Positions 30,191-40,637 of a stretch of 64,000 bases of DNA are shown here, piece after piece. The stretch lies in the NCBI GenBank assembly GCA_040220235.1, contig JAVJTO010000088.1. One strand, 5' to 3'. This DNA is from Coleofasciculus sp. B1-GNL1-01 (lineage in GTDB: Bacteria; Cyanobacteriota; Cyanobacteriia; Cyanobacteriales; Coleofasciculaceae). The translations under genes were made by a program, and so were the position numbers. The first letter of the stretch is position 1, and each line of letters begins with the position of its first letter. The notes beneath the pieces are model-generated. The model was not told the DNA's origin and made no database searches. It saw only the letters and a list, made by a program, of their open reading frames with translations.

Positions 30191-33100
30191 ATGATTCCCC
30201 TGAAACTGACCCTGAAAAATTTCTTAAGCTACCGCGAAACGACCCTGGACTTTCGCGGACTGCATACGGCTTGTATCTGTGGCGCCAATGGTGCGGGCAA
30301 ATCGTCTCTCCTAGAAGCGATTACCTGGGCGATTTGGGGACAATGCCGTGCCGCGTCGGAAGATGATTTAATCCATTCCGGGGCGAAAAATGTGCGGGTA
30401 GATTTCATCTTCCATAATAACCAACAAACCCATCGGGTGATTCGCAGCAAGCAACGGGGACAAAGCAGTTCCCTAGAATTTCAAATTGAAACCCCAGATG
30501 GATTTCGTTCTTTAACTGAAAAAGGATTACGGGCAACTCAACAGCTCATCCTGCATCATATTAAGCTGGATTACGATACCTTTATCAACTCCGCTTATTT
30601 GCGTCAGGGGCGGGCGGATGAATTTATGCTACGGCGTCCCTCGGAACGTAAACAAATCTTAGCCGATTTATTGAAACTGGATCAATATGAAACCTTAGCC
30701 GATCAAGCCAAGGATTTATCCCGCCAATTTAAAGGTCAAGCCGAACAACTGGACTCCAGTTTACAAGCGATTGGGCAGCAACTGGAAGAACGAGAGGCGA
30801 TCGCACACCAACAAGACGCCACTCAAACCACCTTATCTCAACTGCGCCAAGACCAGGACACCGACCAAAGCCAACTGCACCACCTGCAATCTTTAAAACA
30901 CCAACGCCACACCTGGGAACAACAACTCACCTTTGTCCGCCAGCAATACCAAAATCTTACCCAAGAGTGCGATCGCCTACACCAGGATATCACCACCACC
31001 GAAAGCCAAAAGCAGCAATTAGCCACGATTCTCGACCAACAGGATCAAATTAACACGGGTTATGCCGATTATCTCACTCTGCAACAGCGAGAAGAAAGTC
31101 TCAGCCAAAAATTCCACGCCGATCAAAACGCCCACCGCCAAAAACAGCAGCACCAGCAGCAACTCAACCAACAGATTCAGGAATTGAATCTACAAATTCG
31201 CCAAACCCAAGCCCAACTCGACGCCCTGCGCCCCCAAGAACAAGAAATTCAACAGATGCTTACCCGTTCTGGAGACGTAGCGGAAGCCGTGGAAAAACTC
31301 AAAGCCGCCCGTACCCGCCTCAACCACCTGGATCAACTTCAACTCGATGTCTCCCCTATCCTACAACGTCGCGCCGCCTTGCAAAGTGAACTGGATCGCA
31401 ACCACGCCCGCCTCAGCGCCCGTTTAGATGAACTCAACGCCTCAGAAGATCAACTCTCGCACCAAATCGCCACTACCCCCCAACTGCGACAAACGGTTCT
31501 GCAAGTCGTCGCCGAAATCAGTACCTTAGAAAAAAAGAAAGTCTATCAACAGCGCGTCCAAGAAAAAGGACTCGAACGCCGCAGCTTCCAGGAACGACTG
31601 CAAGAAAGCCAGCGCCGTTATGAAAAGCAAATCGCCGAACTCACCCAGAAAATCCAAATGCTACAGGTTCAGGACGCCGTATGTCCCCTGTGCGATCGCC
31701 CCTTAGATGAAGCCCATTCTCAGCACGTTATCCAGAAAACTAGCACAGAACAACAGGAAATTCAAGATCAATTTTGGGTGGTGCGAGAACAGCTAGCGGT
31801 TTGTGAACGGGAACTGCAAGTCTTACGTCAAGAATACGCCCAACTCTCCCAAGAATTGGCACCGTTTGAACAATTACTCGAACAACGGGGACAACTCGAA
31901 GCCCGACTCGAAGCCACCGATGAAGTGTATGATCGCCTCTACGACATCTCCGAAGAAAAGAAACAACTGGAGCGATCGCTAAGTGAAGGAACCTACGCCC
32001 TAGATATCCAAACCCAACTCCAAACCCTGGATAGCCAACTGCAACAACTAAACTACAACGAACAAACCCACGCCCTCGCACGCGGAGAAGTCGATCGGTG
32101 GCGATGGGCGGAAATCCGCCAAGCCAAACTCGAAGACGCCCAGCGACGCTTAGAGAAAATTCAGGAACAAAAACCCCAACTGCAAGCCCAACTCGATCAG
32201 CTAAACCAATCCCTAGAGGAGTTACAAACCACCTCTCCCCTCAAACAGCAACTCGACGTGATCGAGTCACAAATTAGCGAAATTGGCTACAACTTAGACA
32301 CCCACAACCAACTCCGCACCTCCCTGCGACACGCCCAATCTTGGCAACTGCGTCATCAAGAATTAACCAAAGCCCAAGAACATTATCCCCAACTCTGTCA
32401 ACGATTAGACAGCCTGACTCAAACCCTCGCCCAACGACAAGGCGATCGCGAAACTCTCAATTCACAACTTGCCGAAATTGTCAAGCAATTGGAACAGTAT
32501 CCCGACACCAGCCGCGACATCCAAAGCTTGGAACAGCGCATCCTTCAGCGACGCCGACAACTCGACGAACACCTATCCCAAATTGGGCGTTTACAACAGC
32601 GCTTAACTCAACTGGATACCCTGAAAACTCAATATCAAGAACAAGAGGAACAAGTTAAAACCCTAAAACGGCAATATCGAGTGCATCAGGAACTCGCCAA
32701 AGCCTTTGGCAAAAACGGGATTCAAACGCTGATGATTGAGAACATTTTACCGCAATTAGAGGCAGAAACCAATCAAATTTTATCCCGACTCACCGGAAAT
32801 CAGTTACACGTCCAAATTGTCACCCAAAAAGCCGGAAAACGGGCATCCAAGCGAAAAAGTAAACTCATCGACACCCTGGATATTTTAATCGCCGACGCTA
32901 GCGGAACCCGCCCTTATGAAACCTATTCTGGCGGTGAAGCCTTCCGGATTAACTTTGCCATTCGCCTCGCCTTAGCCCGACTCTTAGCGCAGCGGGCGGG
33001 AACCTCCTTGCAAATGCTGATTGTCGATGAAGGCTTTGGTACGCAAGACGCCGAAGGGTGCGAACGATTGATTGCGGCAATTAACGCGATCGCATCCGAC

Positions 33101-33211
33101 TTTGCCTGTATCTTAACCGTAACCCACATGCCCCAATTTAAGGAAGCCTTTCAGACACGAATTGAAGTGCAAAAAACCGAGCAAGGTTCACAGTTAAGTT
33201 TACTGATGTAA
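30191..33211 (+). CDS. sbcC: SbcC SMC-family nuclease ATPase subunit
   Basis: GANGAGKS, CPLC zinc hook, coiled coils, YSGGE, IVDEGFG. Confidence 0.96.
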   Translation: MIPLKLTLKNFLSYRETTLDFRGLHTACICGANGAGKSSLLEAITWAIWGQCRAASEDDLIHSGAKNVRVDFIFHNNQQTHRVIRSKQRGQSSSLEFQIETPDGFRSLTEKGLRATQQLILHHIKLDYDTFINSAYLRQGRADEFMLRRPSERKQILADLLKLDQYETLADQAKDLSRQFKGQAEQLDSSLQAIGQQLEEREAIAHQQDATQTTLSQLRQDQDTDQSQLHHLQSLKHQRHTWEQQLTFVRQQYQNLTQECDRLHQDITTTESQKQQLATILDQQDQINTGYADYLTLQQREESLSQKFHADQNAHRQKQQHQQQLNQQIQELNLQIRQTQAQLDALRPQEQEIQQMLTRSGDVAEAVEKLKAARTRLNHLDQLQLDVSPILQRRAALQSELDRNHARLSARLDELNASEDQLSHQIATTPQLRQTVLQVVAEISTLEKKKVYQQRVQEKGLERRSFQERLQESQRRYEKQIAELTQKIQMLQVQDAVCPLCDRPLDEAHSQHVIQKTSTEQQEIQDQFWVVREQLAVCERELQVLRQEYAQLSQELAPFEQLLEQRGQLEARLEATDEVYDRLYDISEEKKQLERSLSEGTYALDIQTQLQTLDSQLQQLNYNEQTHALARGEVDRWRWAEIRQAKLEDAQRRLEKIQEQKPQLQAQLDQLNQSLEELQTTSPLKQQLDVIESQISEIGYNLDTHNQLRTSLRHAQSWQLRHQELTKAQEHYPQLCQRLDSLTQTLAQRQGDRETLNSQLAEIVKQLEQYPDTSRDIQSLEQRILQRRRQLDEHLSQIGRLQQRLTQLDTLKTQYQEQEEQVKTLKRQYRVHQELAKAFGKNGIQTLMIENILPQLEAETNQILSRLTGNQLHVQIVTQKAGKRASKRKSKLIDTLDILIADASGTRPYETYSGGEAFRINFAIRLALARLLAQRAGTSLQMLIVDEGFGTQDAEGCERLIAAINAIASDFACILTVTHMPQFKEAFQTRIEVQKTEQGSQLSLLM

Positions 33212-33276
33212 CGCTTAAAATTATTGAGCTGGACGATTTACTCGAATCACTTTTCCCCTTAAGGAGTCTTCCAGAT

Positions 33277-33381
33277 ATAGCAAATCGCTAGGCGTGTATT
33301 TACAACTCCCGTACCTGAAGCTGAGTCCAGATGAGATGTTCGTACACACAAAGTGTAACTAGACCAGCGCGAAGCGCTATA
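33277..33381. mobile_element. MITE-like element with TATAGC...GCTATA ends
   Basis: Imperfect TIRs TATAGC..CGC...TTACA. Confidence 0.55.
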
Positions 33382-33384
33382 AAT

Positions 33385-33402
33385 GGCTTAAAGACGTGCC
33401 AT
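33385..33402 (-). pseudogene. DUF5615 toxin 5' remnant
   Basis: ATG GCA CGT CTT TAA GCC (MARL*A) 3 nt after the DUF433 stop; resembles the MARLYAD start of DUF5615 proteins. Confidence 0.55.
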
Positions 33403-33405
33403 TAA

Positions 33406-33732
33406 TCAATCTTCTTCGTTCTGTCGAATAACGAGTTCAATCTCATCAGCATAGACTTCAGCATAAATCCATGCATTCACTAAATCAGCAGCCGATAACG
33501 TGGGATAATCTTGTAGAAGTTGAGCTTCACTAATCCCTAAACGGCGAGCATCGGCTAACACCCAAACCGGAATGCGAGTATTGGCAATGCAGGCTGTTCC
33601 CCCACAGACACCAGGGTTTTTTTCAATTCCCTTCCAATTGTTATTGAAACTTTGGGTGAGGAGGTGAATAGCTTGAGCTTTTTCAGTTGGCTTTAGAGCA
33701 AGCAACTGCGTTTCTAACTCTTTAATGTTCAT
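33406..33732 (-). CDS. DUF433 antitoxin
   Basis: PGVCGGTACIANTRIPVW...YPTL. Confidence 0.88.
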   Translation of the reverse strand: MNIKELETQLLALKPTEKAQAIHLLTQSFNNNWKGIEKNPGVCGGTACIANTRIPVWVLADARRLGISEAQLLQDYPTLSAADLVNAWIYAEVYADEIELVIRQNEED

Positions 33733-34043
33733 TATTATAAATTATGAATTCTGGATAAAACAGAAAGTGATACATCAGTAAGTAAGCCTTACACCCCTAC
33801 ATTCGGGTAAACATAATCGGTTTGAGAAATGCTATATTATCATTGTCCAATAAAAACGGCAATAGGGAAGTGTAAGAATGTCCTAACCTGCATTGGTAAG
33901 GTGATAAAACCCTCATCGATCAAAAGTTTGTTAATGTAGCTGTTTTTCTTTCCAGAAAACGCCGACTTTATCTGATTTTGTCATCTAGCAAGGCAAACAA
34001 ATAGCTATCCGTTAGAATTCGAGTGAGAGGAAACTTGAATCCT

Positions 34044-34445
34044 ATGACCCAAACCATTACCCTGCAAATCCCAGAGCCACTCTACCAACGGCTTGTCCAT
34101 ACTGCCCACGCTACTAACCGCCCTCTAGAGGATGTCATGCTCCACGCACTGAAAGTGGGCAGTCCCCCTGATTGGAATAATGTACCCGATGAGTTTCAGG
34201 TTGACCTAGCTGCTTTGGACAGAATGGAAGATGAGGCATTATGGAAAATTGCTCAAAGTCGAAAGACTGTAGCCGATATGGAGCGGTACAATATCCTACT
34301 CGATCGCAATCAAGAGGGTACACTGACGGATGCCGAACGAACGGAACTAACAGCACTACGAACCGAGGCAGACTGCTTCATGCTGCGGAAAGCACAGGCA
34401 GCTGCACTACTGCGCTGGCGCGGACATCATGTACCTTTGCCCTAA
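34044..34445 (+). CDS. Antitoxin-like partner of an HNH endonuclease
   Basis: N-terminal RHH-like ITLQIPEPLYQRL; LRKAQAAALLRWRG end. Confidence 0.7.
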   Translation: MTQTITLQIPEPLYQRLVHTAHATNRPLEDVMLHALKVGSPPDWNNVPDEFQVDLAALDRMEDEALWKIAQSRKTVADMERYNILLDRNQEGTLTDAERTELTALRTEADCFMLRKAQAAALLRWRGHHVPLP

Positions 34446-34451
34446 TTTCTT

Positions 34452-34877
34452 GTGTCTACCTATATCCCTGAAAGACTAAAAGCTCAAATTGAAGCGTGCG
34501 ATCGCCACCGTTGCTGCTACTGTTTGACCAGTGAAACCAATAGCGGCATTCCCATGACCTACGATCATATCTTGCCCTGCTCAAAAGGCGGAGCGACAAC
34601 CTTTGAAAATCTCTGCCTTGCTTGTCGTACCTGCAATGAATTTAAGTCTGACACCACAGAAGCCGAAGATCCGCTAACTGGAGAAACTGTGCCACTTTTC
34701 AACCCACGCACTCAGAAGTGGACTGACCACTTTACCTGGAGTCTGGACAGCACCAGAGTAGAAGGGTTAACTGCTACAGGTTGCGCCACCATTACGGCAT
34801 TGCGAATGAACAACCCCATCATTGTGTCTGCGCGTTGGCGCTGGACAATCAGTGGTTGGCATCCTCCTGCTGATTGA
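34452..34877 (+). CDS. HNH endonuclease
   Basis: CCYC...DHILP..KGG...NL.LAC..CN; LFNPR. Confidence 0.9.
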   Translation: MSTYIPERLKAQIEACDRHRCCYCLTSETNSGIPMTYDHILPCSKGGATTFENLCLACRTCNEFKSDTTEAEDPLTGETVPLFNPRTQKWTDHFTWSLDSTRVEGLTATGCATITALRMNNPIIVSARWRWTISGWHPPAD

Positions 34878-34904
34878 CACTTGAGCGATCGCTCCTTTAG
34901 CCAT

Positions 34905-35104
34905 TACAGCAGTTTTCAAGTTATAGCACTACGCATTGAGGTTAGGACAATAAAATTGGGTGAAAAGGCAACAGGCAATAGGCAATAGGCAACAGAGAAA
35001 TGTCCTAACGTATCCCCGTAGTGCTATACTAGACTACGAAAGCAATCATTTCGATTTAGCGTTAAAACCGCTTGGTATATTTCACAGGCTTGAGAACTGC
35101 TATA
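34905..35104. mobile_element. Outer MITE (TACAGCAGTTTTCAAG...CTTGAGAACTGCTATA) hosting a nested MITE
   Basis: 16-bp imperfect TIRs. Confidence 0.75.
34922..35028. mobile_element. MITE family M2 (TATAGCACTACG...CGTAGTGCTATA) with AGGCAAT heptamers
   Basis: TIRs; relatives at 45733-45860 and a partial copy near 5159. Confidence 0.85.
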
Positions 35105-35123
35105 TTAGCATTATCCATTACGA

Positions 35124-35747
35124 TCACTCTTCACGCCAAGTAAACTGAATTTGCTCATCAGCCTGTCTAAACTCAATATTAAACCGATCAAAAACAACTT
35201 CCCGCCCCAAGAGCAATTGTTCTGCACCTGTAACGCTTTGTAACCAAGCGACAGGAGCGATAAAACTGTGTCCATCAATCGTCATTTCCACATTACGCAG
35301 AACATACTCAACCGTTCCCCCAATCGTCTCCGCTAATAACGTTGATTCAGCATCCGCTAAACTGTAGCCTAAATCTTGACCTACCTTTAAAGAAATTAAA
35401 CTAATTTCCGCCCCAGAGTCCACTAACATTGTAGTAGAAACCTCCAAATCCTTATGCTTAAGCCTGACATGATAATTCGGCAACCAGTCATGGCGAGCCA
35501 CTGTGCGAAAGCGAATTGGTAAAATCTGGATAGAAGCCGTGCTGCGTGGCACTAAATAAATAGCAAACGTCTCGCCTGATGCCGTAGCTATGTCCAAAAC
35601 GTCTCGCAAACTTTCACTATGAGCAATGACACGATGGTCATTATAAGCCACATATTGATTCCGATATAAATCCAACAAAGTGTGCCGATTTTTATTCAGC
35701 CACTTCAACATTTGCTCACTTTCACGCTTAGATGGCATTTTAGTCAT
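35124..35747 (-). CDS. DUF5678-like domain fused to a retropepsin-like aspartyl protease
   Basis: WLNKNR..L...YRNQYVA; LVDSGA; LLGRE. Confidence 0.8.
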   Translation of the reverse strand: MTKMPSKRESEQMLKWLNKNRHTLLDLYRNQYVAYNDHRVIAHSESLRDVLDIATASGETFAIYLVPRSTASIQILPIRFRTVARHDWLPNYHVRLKHKDLEVSTTMLVDSGAEISLISLKVGQDLGYSLADAESTLLAETIGGTVEYVLRNVEMTIDGHSFIAPVAWLQSVTGAEQLLLGREVVFDRFNIEFRQADEQIQFTWREE

Positions 35748-35920
35748 AGCTTATCAAAGGAAATCCTTTCAACTATCGAAAACGACACTATTCACCGTTG
35801 TTTCCGAACCCAATAAAATACCCTCCCAATCCGGCAAACCCCCTCTGCGTCCCTCTGCGTAAACCTCTGCGTACCTCTGCGTTAAAAAAACAAAATTATC
35901 ATCCATAAAACCCTCATCAA

Positions 35921-36694
35921 TCAAAACGGCGATAAAAACCGTAAAAGTAGTGAACCAATCCCCACAAGCGCATTCCCAAACGAAGGGCGAGAACGAACTT
36001 CCGGAGGATTTTGGGCAATTTCCACCATAGCGATCAGATTCTGTGAGGCTTGGAAACCCACCGGGTTTTCTTGAGTCGTAAACAGCTGACTCGCCACTTC
36101 AGCATCTCGGATTGCACCGCCGTGATTACTTAAGCGAAATTGGGCAATTCCCCGGGCTAAATAGGCGGGAGCAAAATCTGCTTTTAGATTCAGGGCTTGA
36201 TTATAATGTTCAATAGCCGCTTGATAGTTTCCCCGTTCAGCTTCAATCACACCCCAAGCATAAAAATCTTCAGCGGTTCCGGCATACTCAGGAAGACCAA
36301 TTGTTCCTTGAATATAAGCGCTACTGAGATCCGTACCAAACAGTTGTGCATTCACCAGATACGCATCTCTGAGATCCGTTCCCACTAAAATAGCGCCACT
36401 AAGATTCGCCCCCGTTAAGTTCGCACCATTGAGAGACGCGCCACTGAGATTTGCCCCAGTGAGATCCGCCCCCGTCAAATTTGCCCGACTCAGATTAGCG
36501 CGACTCAAATCTGCCCCACTCAAGTTTGCCCCGACTAATTCTGCCATGACTAAACCTGCATCGGCGAGATCGCATCCGGGACAGGTTTTGGTGGAGAGTA
36601 CCTTTTGGATATTTTGCAGATTTTCCGCCAAGGCGCTGGTATTCAGAGTAATGGCGGTGAAAATAGCAGCCGTGGTTATAAGTATGGGTTTCAT
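35921..36694 (-). CDS. Pentapeptide-repeat/TPR protein
   Basis: Signal peptide, CPGCDL, A(N/D)LxG repeats, TPRs. Confidence 0.92.
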   Translation of the reverse strand: MKPILITTAAIFTAITLNTSALAENLQNIQKVLSTKTCPGCDLADAGLVMAELVGANLSGADLSRANLSRANLTGADLTGANLSGASLNGANLTGANLSGAILVGTDLRDAYLVNAQLFGTDLSSAYIQGTIGLPEYAGTAEDFYAWGVIEAERGNYQAAIEHYNQALNLKADFAPAYLARGIAQFRLSNHGGAIRDAEVASQLFTTQENPVGFQASQNLIAMVEIAQNPPEVRSRPSFGNALVGIGSLLLRFLSPF

Positions 36695-36774
36695 AGCACG
36701 ATGACGGGGTGAATGGGGCTAAAGGTTCTACGCGATCGCAGTACTTGGGATTGGGGTATACCTTTGACTGAGTT

Positions 36775-36833
36775 AGGGCGGGTTTAGTTACATCCGGGTG
36801 ACAACCTACGATACCGATAAAACCCGCCCCTAC
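36775..36833 (-). repeat. REP-like family A (AGGGCGGGTTT...AAACCCGCCCCTAC)
   Basis: GC-rich inverted ends around a variable ~35-40 nt core; further copies at 46018, 49972, 56235, 57469, 59728, 63377. Confidence 0.9.
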
Positions 36834-36838
36834 AGAAA

Positions 36839-37429
36839 TCAACACTCAGAATTCTTGTCAGCTACACCTGCTAATAATTCTAATTCACTCACCACCCGAT
36901 CCAATTCGTCAATGATTGGCGTAGATTCCTGGGTGCGAAAGGCTTCAATTAAGGAACGGTAATACCAAAGTGTACCGTCTTTACCCCCATGAAAGCGTTG
37001 CCATAAATTATCTCCTAAAATGCGATAATCTTTAAGAATTGACCAAGCATTATGCAGCTTATCAGCAGCAGACACTAAACGCACCGAAGCCGAGGCTGTG
37101 GGAATATGGGCAATATAAGCCGCTTTGCGCTGACGCCAAGGGGGTTTAGGTGTGGTGTCAGCGTCGGTACACCCATCGACAATCTCCGTGATAGTATCCC
37201 CAAAGCGGCGGCGAATTTCCTCACGGGTTGCTGCACCACCTTGGTCTTCAATGGCATCATGGAGAAGCGCCGCGATCGCTTCCTCTTCATTTGCCCCATA
37301 TTCTAAGGCAATACTAGAAACGGCTAACAGGTGGGCGATGTAGGGAACGCCATTCCCTTTCCGGGTTTGGTTGGCGTGCAGTTCAGTAGCAAAGGTTAAG
37401 GCGTCGGTAAACCGTTGGGAGAGTTTCAT
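36839..37429 (-). CDS. HD-domain protein (Mesh1/small alarmone hydrolase-like)
   Basis: H..QTRKG..VPYIAH, ALLHDAIED, ADKLHN. Confidence 0.88.
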   Translation of the reverse strand: MKLSQRFTDALTFATELHANQTRKGNGVPYIAHLLAVSSIALEYGANEEEAIAALLHDAIEDQGGAATREEIRRRFGDTITEIVDGCTDADTTPKPPWRQRKAAYIAHIPTASASVRLVSAADKLHNAWSILKDYRILGDNLWQRFHGGKDGTLWYYRSLIEAFRTQESTPIIDELDRVVSELELLAGVADKNSEC

Positions 37430-37470
37430 GGAAAAATTAGGACAAAATCTAACTTAAAGTAGTAACAATT

Positions 37471-37953
37471 GTGACTGAATTTCTAGCAAACAATCTACCG
37501 AAGATATGGATTGCGTCTTATTCCGAAGCCAGCCAACTCTTAGCTTCCGAGACAGGAGACGCGATCGCGCATATCATCTCGATTGGCGAACCCGGTAGTA
37601 CCCCTCCCGCCGGTTACACCCAAGTTCCTCACCGACTGCGGTTAGAGTTTGATGATATTGTGGCTTTAAATCATCATGAACCCGACTATGTTTTAGCTAC
37701 ATCTGAGCATATTCGTCAAGTCATTGACTTCGTACCGATAATTTCTCAGGAAGGCGGAGATGTTCTCATCCATTGCCAAGCTGGGATCAGCCGATCAGCC
37801 GCGATCGCTTTAACAATTTATGCCATCCTCTTGGGGGCGGGTCAAGAGGAGGAAGCCTTATCCCTAGTTCTAGAAAATAGACCTCAAGCCGTACCAAATA
37901 TTTGGATTGCCCAATTAGCCGATGAAGCCTTAGGTCGTTTGTCTAAGAATTAG
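37471..37953 (+). CDS. Dual-specificity/tyrosine phosphatase family protein
   Basis: HCQAGISRS, FDD, RP..PN. Confidence 0.88.
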   Translation: MTEFLANNLPKIWIASYSEASQLLASETGDAIAHIISIGEPGSTPPAGYTQVPHRLRLEFDDIVALNHHEPDYVLATSEHIRQVIDFVPIISQEGGDVLIHCQAGISRSAAIALTIYAILLGAGQEEEALSLVLENRPQAVPNIWIAQLADEALGRLSKN

Positions 37954-38707
37954 AGTGACAACCTTTCTGCAAAATAAAAATCATAGAAGGACTGGTTTCA
38001 CTGTTGAATTCTGAATAGGAATAATCACCATACACAGCCACTATTTTGTAACCCGCTTTCTGCGCCATTTCCTCAAAGTCTTGCTTTTGGATCAGGCAAA
38101 ACTGCATATTCAGGAGGCGCTTAGATTGCAAAAACCCATGGTGATCATAGATTTCGTAGAACTGAGTGCGATCAACAATGCAGTGATTCGATTGCTGTTT
38201 TTCCAGTCCCCAGAACAGGAGTTGTTGCTTTTCCAGACTGTACGTTCCCTCTAAACGCAGAGAACCATCGACCAATTTTAACCGGACATTAGGATTATGT
38301 AAAGTACAGATAAGTCGCCCACCTTCACGCAAATGGTTGTGAATTGATTGGAGTGTACTCTCTTGGTCTTTCTTTGACAACAGTTCCGAAAATGAATTGA
38401 ACGGAATAATCGCTAAATCAAAACACTCTTGCAGATTCAACTCTCGCACATCAGCCCGCTGAATCCTAGCAGACAACCCCTTTTGTACCAGCTTCTTTTG
38501 CAGAACAGCTAGTATTTGCGCTGAAGCATCCACACAAACCAGGGAAACGCCAGCCTCTAATAAAGGAATCGAGACGCGACCCGTTCCCGCCATCAATTCG
38601 AGGATTTGACCTGATACGTTACAGGTTTCTCGAATAAAGAAGGAAATATCAATATCACTATGGACATAGATATCATACAACTCGGCGACTCGATCCCACT
38701 CAATCAT
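37943..38707 (-). CDS. Class I SAM-dependent methyltransferase
   Basis: ILELMAGTGR, HLREGGRLI. Confidence 0.9.
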   Translation of the reverse strand: MIEWDRVAELYDIYVHSDIDISFFIRETCNVSGQILELMAGTGRVSIPLLEAGVSLVCVDASAQILAVLQKKLVQKGLSARIQRADVRELNLQECFDLAIIPFNSFSELLSKKDQESTLQSIHNHLREGGRLICTLHNPNVRLKLVDGSLRLEGTYSLEKQQLLFWGLEKQQSNHCIVDRTQFYEIYDHHGFLQSKRLLNMQFCLIQKQDFEEMAQKAGYKIVAVYGDYSYSEFNSETSPSMIFILQKGCHSNS

Positions 38708-38717
38708 TTTTTTCTAG

Positions 38718-39488
38718 TTACAACGGCTGAATATCATTAAACCGAATCCTTGTATCTGCCACAGGTTTTTCTTCCGGATTTTCCTCCTTTGCATATCGAA
38801 TCGTCCGGTTCGTTAACAAATAGTAGTTGCCCACCTTTTCATGAAAATCTCGCACATCTTCTTTTTCCAGAACTTCATCGGTTTGGGCATCGCGAAACGT
38901 AGTTTTAAAGTGACTGACTAAATACCCCTCTGGCGTTTTAGTCGTACCTAGGGTGTCAACGGTTACGGCTACATCTCCAAAGCTACGATTTACTTGAGTG
39001 ATTACATCTCCTTTAACCTTATAGTATGAATTATCACCCATCTCATTAATTTTTAACGCGCCATACTCGTCTTTCCCCTTTAACTCAAAGTCATTGTTTC
39101 CATGCAACTGTTCAAATGGTATCTGGCGACGGTGAATGATTTCCATCTTAACCGTATTGGCGACCAAATCACGTAAATCTTCCGGTTCAACATTAATGAC
39201 ATCCACACTTAAATCCGGTTGAACCCGAACGATTCCTTGGTCAATATCTCCCTGGTGCGTAATCGAAACCTCTGCGGAATAACCTGGAAAATTTTTATCC
39301 CAGGTATAGCGCTGATTGTATGCATTGCGAAACGCTTCGCTGGCTGATACTGTAGCGATTTGAGTTGGATGAGTTTTTGAGATAGACTGAGCATTTACAC
39401 TTGCAGGTAGTCCAAAGACGCAGCTAATACTAGCGATAATTAAACTTAAACTCCAACAGATGATGCGATGCTGTAATTGCTGTGTCAT
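38718..39488 (-). CDS. DUF3386-like exported protein
   Basis: FRNAYNQRYTWDKNFPGY, IHRR. Confidence 0.8.
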   Translation of the reverse strand: MTQQLQHRIICWSLSLIIASISCVFGLPASVNAQSISKTHPTQIATVSASEAFRNAYNQRYTWDKNFPGYSAEVSITHQGDIDQGIVRVQPDLSVDVINVEPEDLRDLVANTVKMEIIHRRQIPFEQLHGNNDFELKGKDEYGALKINEMGDNSYYKVKGDVITQVNRSFGDVAVTVDTLGTTKTPEGYLVSHFKTTFRDAQTDEVLEKEDVRDFHEKVGNYYLLTNRTIRYAKEENPEEKPVADTRIRFNDIQPL

Positions 39489-39581
39489 GATTTTAATTGG
39501 CTATCGACATTGAGGATAAATCTCCATTTTACAAGGGGATGCCCATCAGCATGAGGTCACTGATTTTCTCCCCCATATCCC

Positions 39582-40361
39582 TTAATTATCTGGGTCTTCT
39601 CCTAACTCCCGCAATCGTGCGGCTAAACGTTCGGCGCGTTGGCGTTCAGTTTCGGCACGTTGACGTTCGGCTTCGGCGCGTTGGCGTTCAGATTCAGCCC
39701 GCTGACGTTCAGCTTCTTCGGGTAATAAAACTAAATTCCCTTCTGAGTCATAAAATCGTAACCACGGTGCTGTTTCTCGGCTTATTGTTCCTTGCCAAAT
39801 TCCTAACCATAAGCCTAAGGTTTCGCACCATAACCATCCTGACTCATTCGGAACCAACGGTTGATAACGGAAATTTGCATCCAACCGCCATCCTTGTAAA
39901 GAGTCGGGATTAAACGGGTCAAAGACGAAATAATCGGGTGTTCTAAAGGTTCCTTCGTAAATATCCTTTTTTGCCCCAATATCCGCATTGGCTGTAGACG
40001 CCGACATCAGTTCAATAATCACATCCGGGTAACGCCCTTCTTCATCCCAGACTACCCAACCTTGGCGAGAACGGCTTCCATCCACATTCAATACCACAAA
40101 AAAATCCGGTCCTCGAAAGTCCCGATTGCGTGCCTGGGTGCGACTATAATAAATGAACATATTGCCACCCACAAAATAATCCTCGCGCTGTGCCAAGACT
40201 TGGTGGGTTAACTGAATCAATAGATTCATGGCAATGCGGTGGCGGTTACTTTCCAAGGGTTCTCCATCATCAAAAATTAAATCAGTGGGTGGCATTTGGG
40301 GTTCCCAATCCACCACGGGAGGTGTTGGGGAACTTTGAGTTTGAGTTGTCTCTGTTGACAT
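39582..40361 (-). CDS. Uma2 family endonuclease
   Basis: EPLES..H, GPDFFVV, PDVIIELMS; ERQRAE heptad tail. Confidence 0.92.
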   Translation of the reverse strand: MSTETTQTQSSPTPPVVDWEPQMPPTDLIFDDGEPLESNRHRIAMNLLIQLTHQVLAQREDYFVGGNMFIYYSRTQARNRDFRGPDFFVVLNVDGSRSRQGWVVWDEEGRYPDVIIELMSASTANADIGAKKDIYEGTFRTPDYFVFDPFNPDSLQGWRLDANFRYQPLVPNESGWLWCETLGLWLGIWQGTISRETAPWLRFYDSEGNLVLLPEEAERQRAESERQRAEAERQRAETERQRAERLAARLRELGEDPDN

Positions 40362-40429
40362 AATCCAACTCCTCCATCTGTAAAATTCTGTCTTCTTATG
40401 GTATCGCGTTTCTGGTAATAGGTAAGTAA

Positions 40430-40531
40430 TATCATGTCCGGTTGAATACCCATAATTACAGTGATGGGGAGTAGAGGCTTGGTTACCAGATCCCTACATT
40501 TTTATTAGGGGTGAGAAAGCCGGACATCATA
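40430..40531. mobile_element. MITE family M3 (TATCATGTCCGG...CCGGACATCATA)
   Basis: TIRs; an isolated end also at 58339-58357. Confidence 0.75.
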
Positions 40532-40637
40532 TAAGTAGTCGGACAAGAGAAAACGTTACACCTACTTAGAAACTTCTGCGGTGACAGGAAAGTCTTGGTA
40601 GAAACGATGAAAGCTGATAGCGTGAGACAGAGGAAAA

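Noticed and set aside
36839..37953. HD hydrolase and phosphatase as a nucleotide-signalling defence pair
   Set aside because: Divergent orientation and no synthetase nearby; linkage cannot be supported from the sequence
39497..39913. 138-aa ORF with periodic sequence
   Set aside because: Antisense shadow of the Uma2 ERQRAE tail
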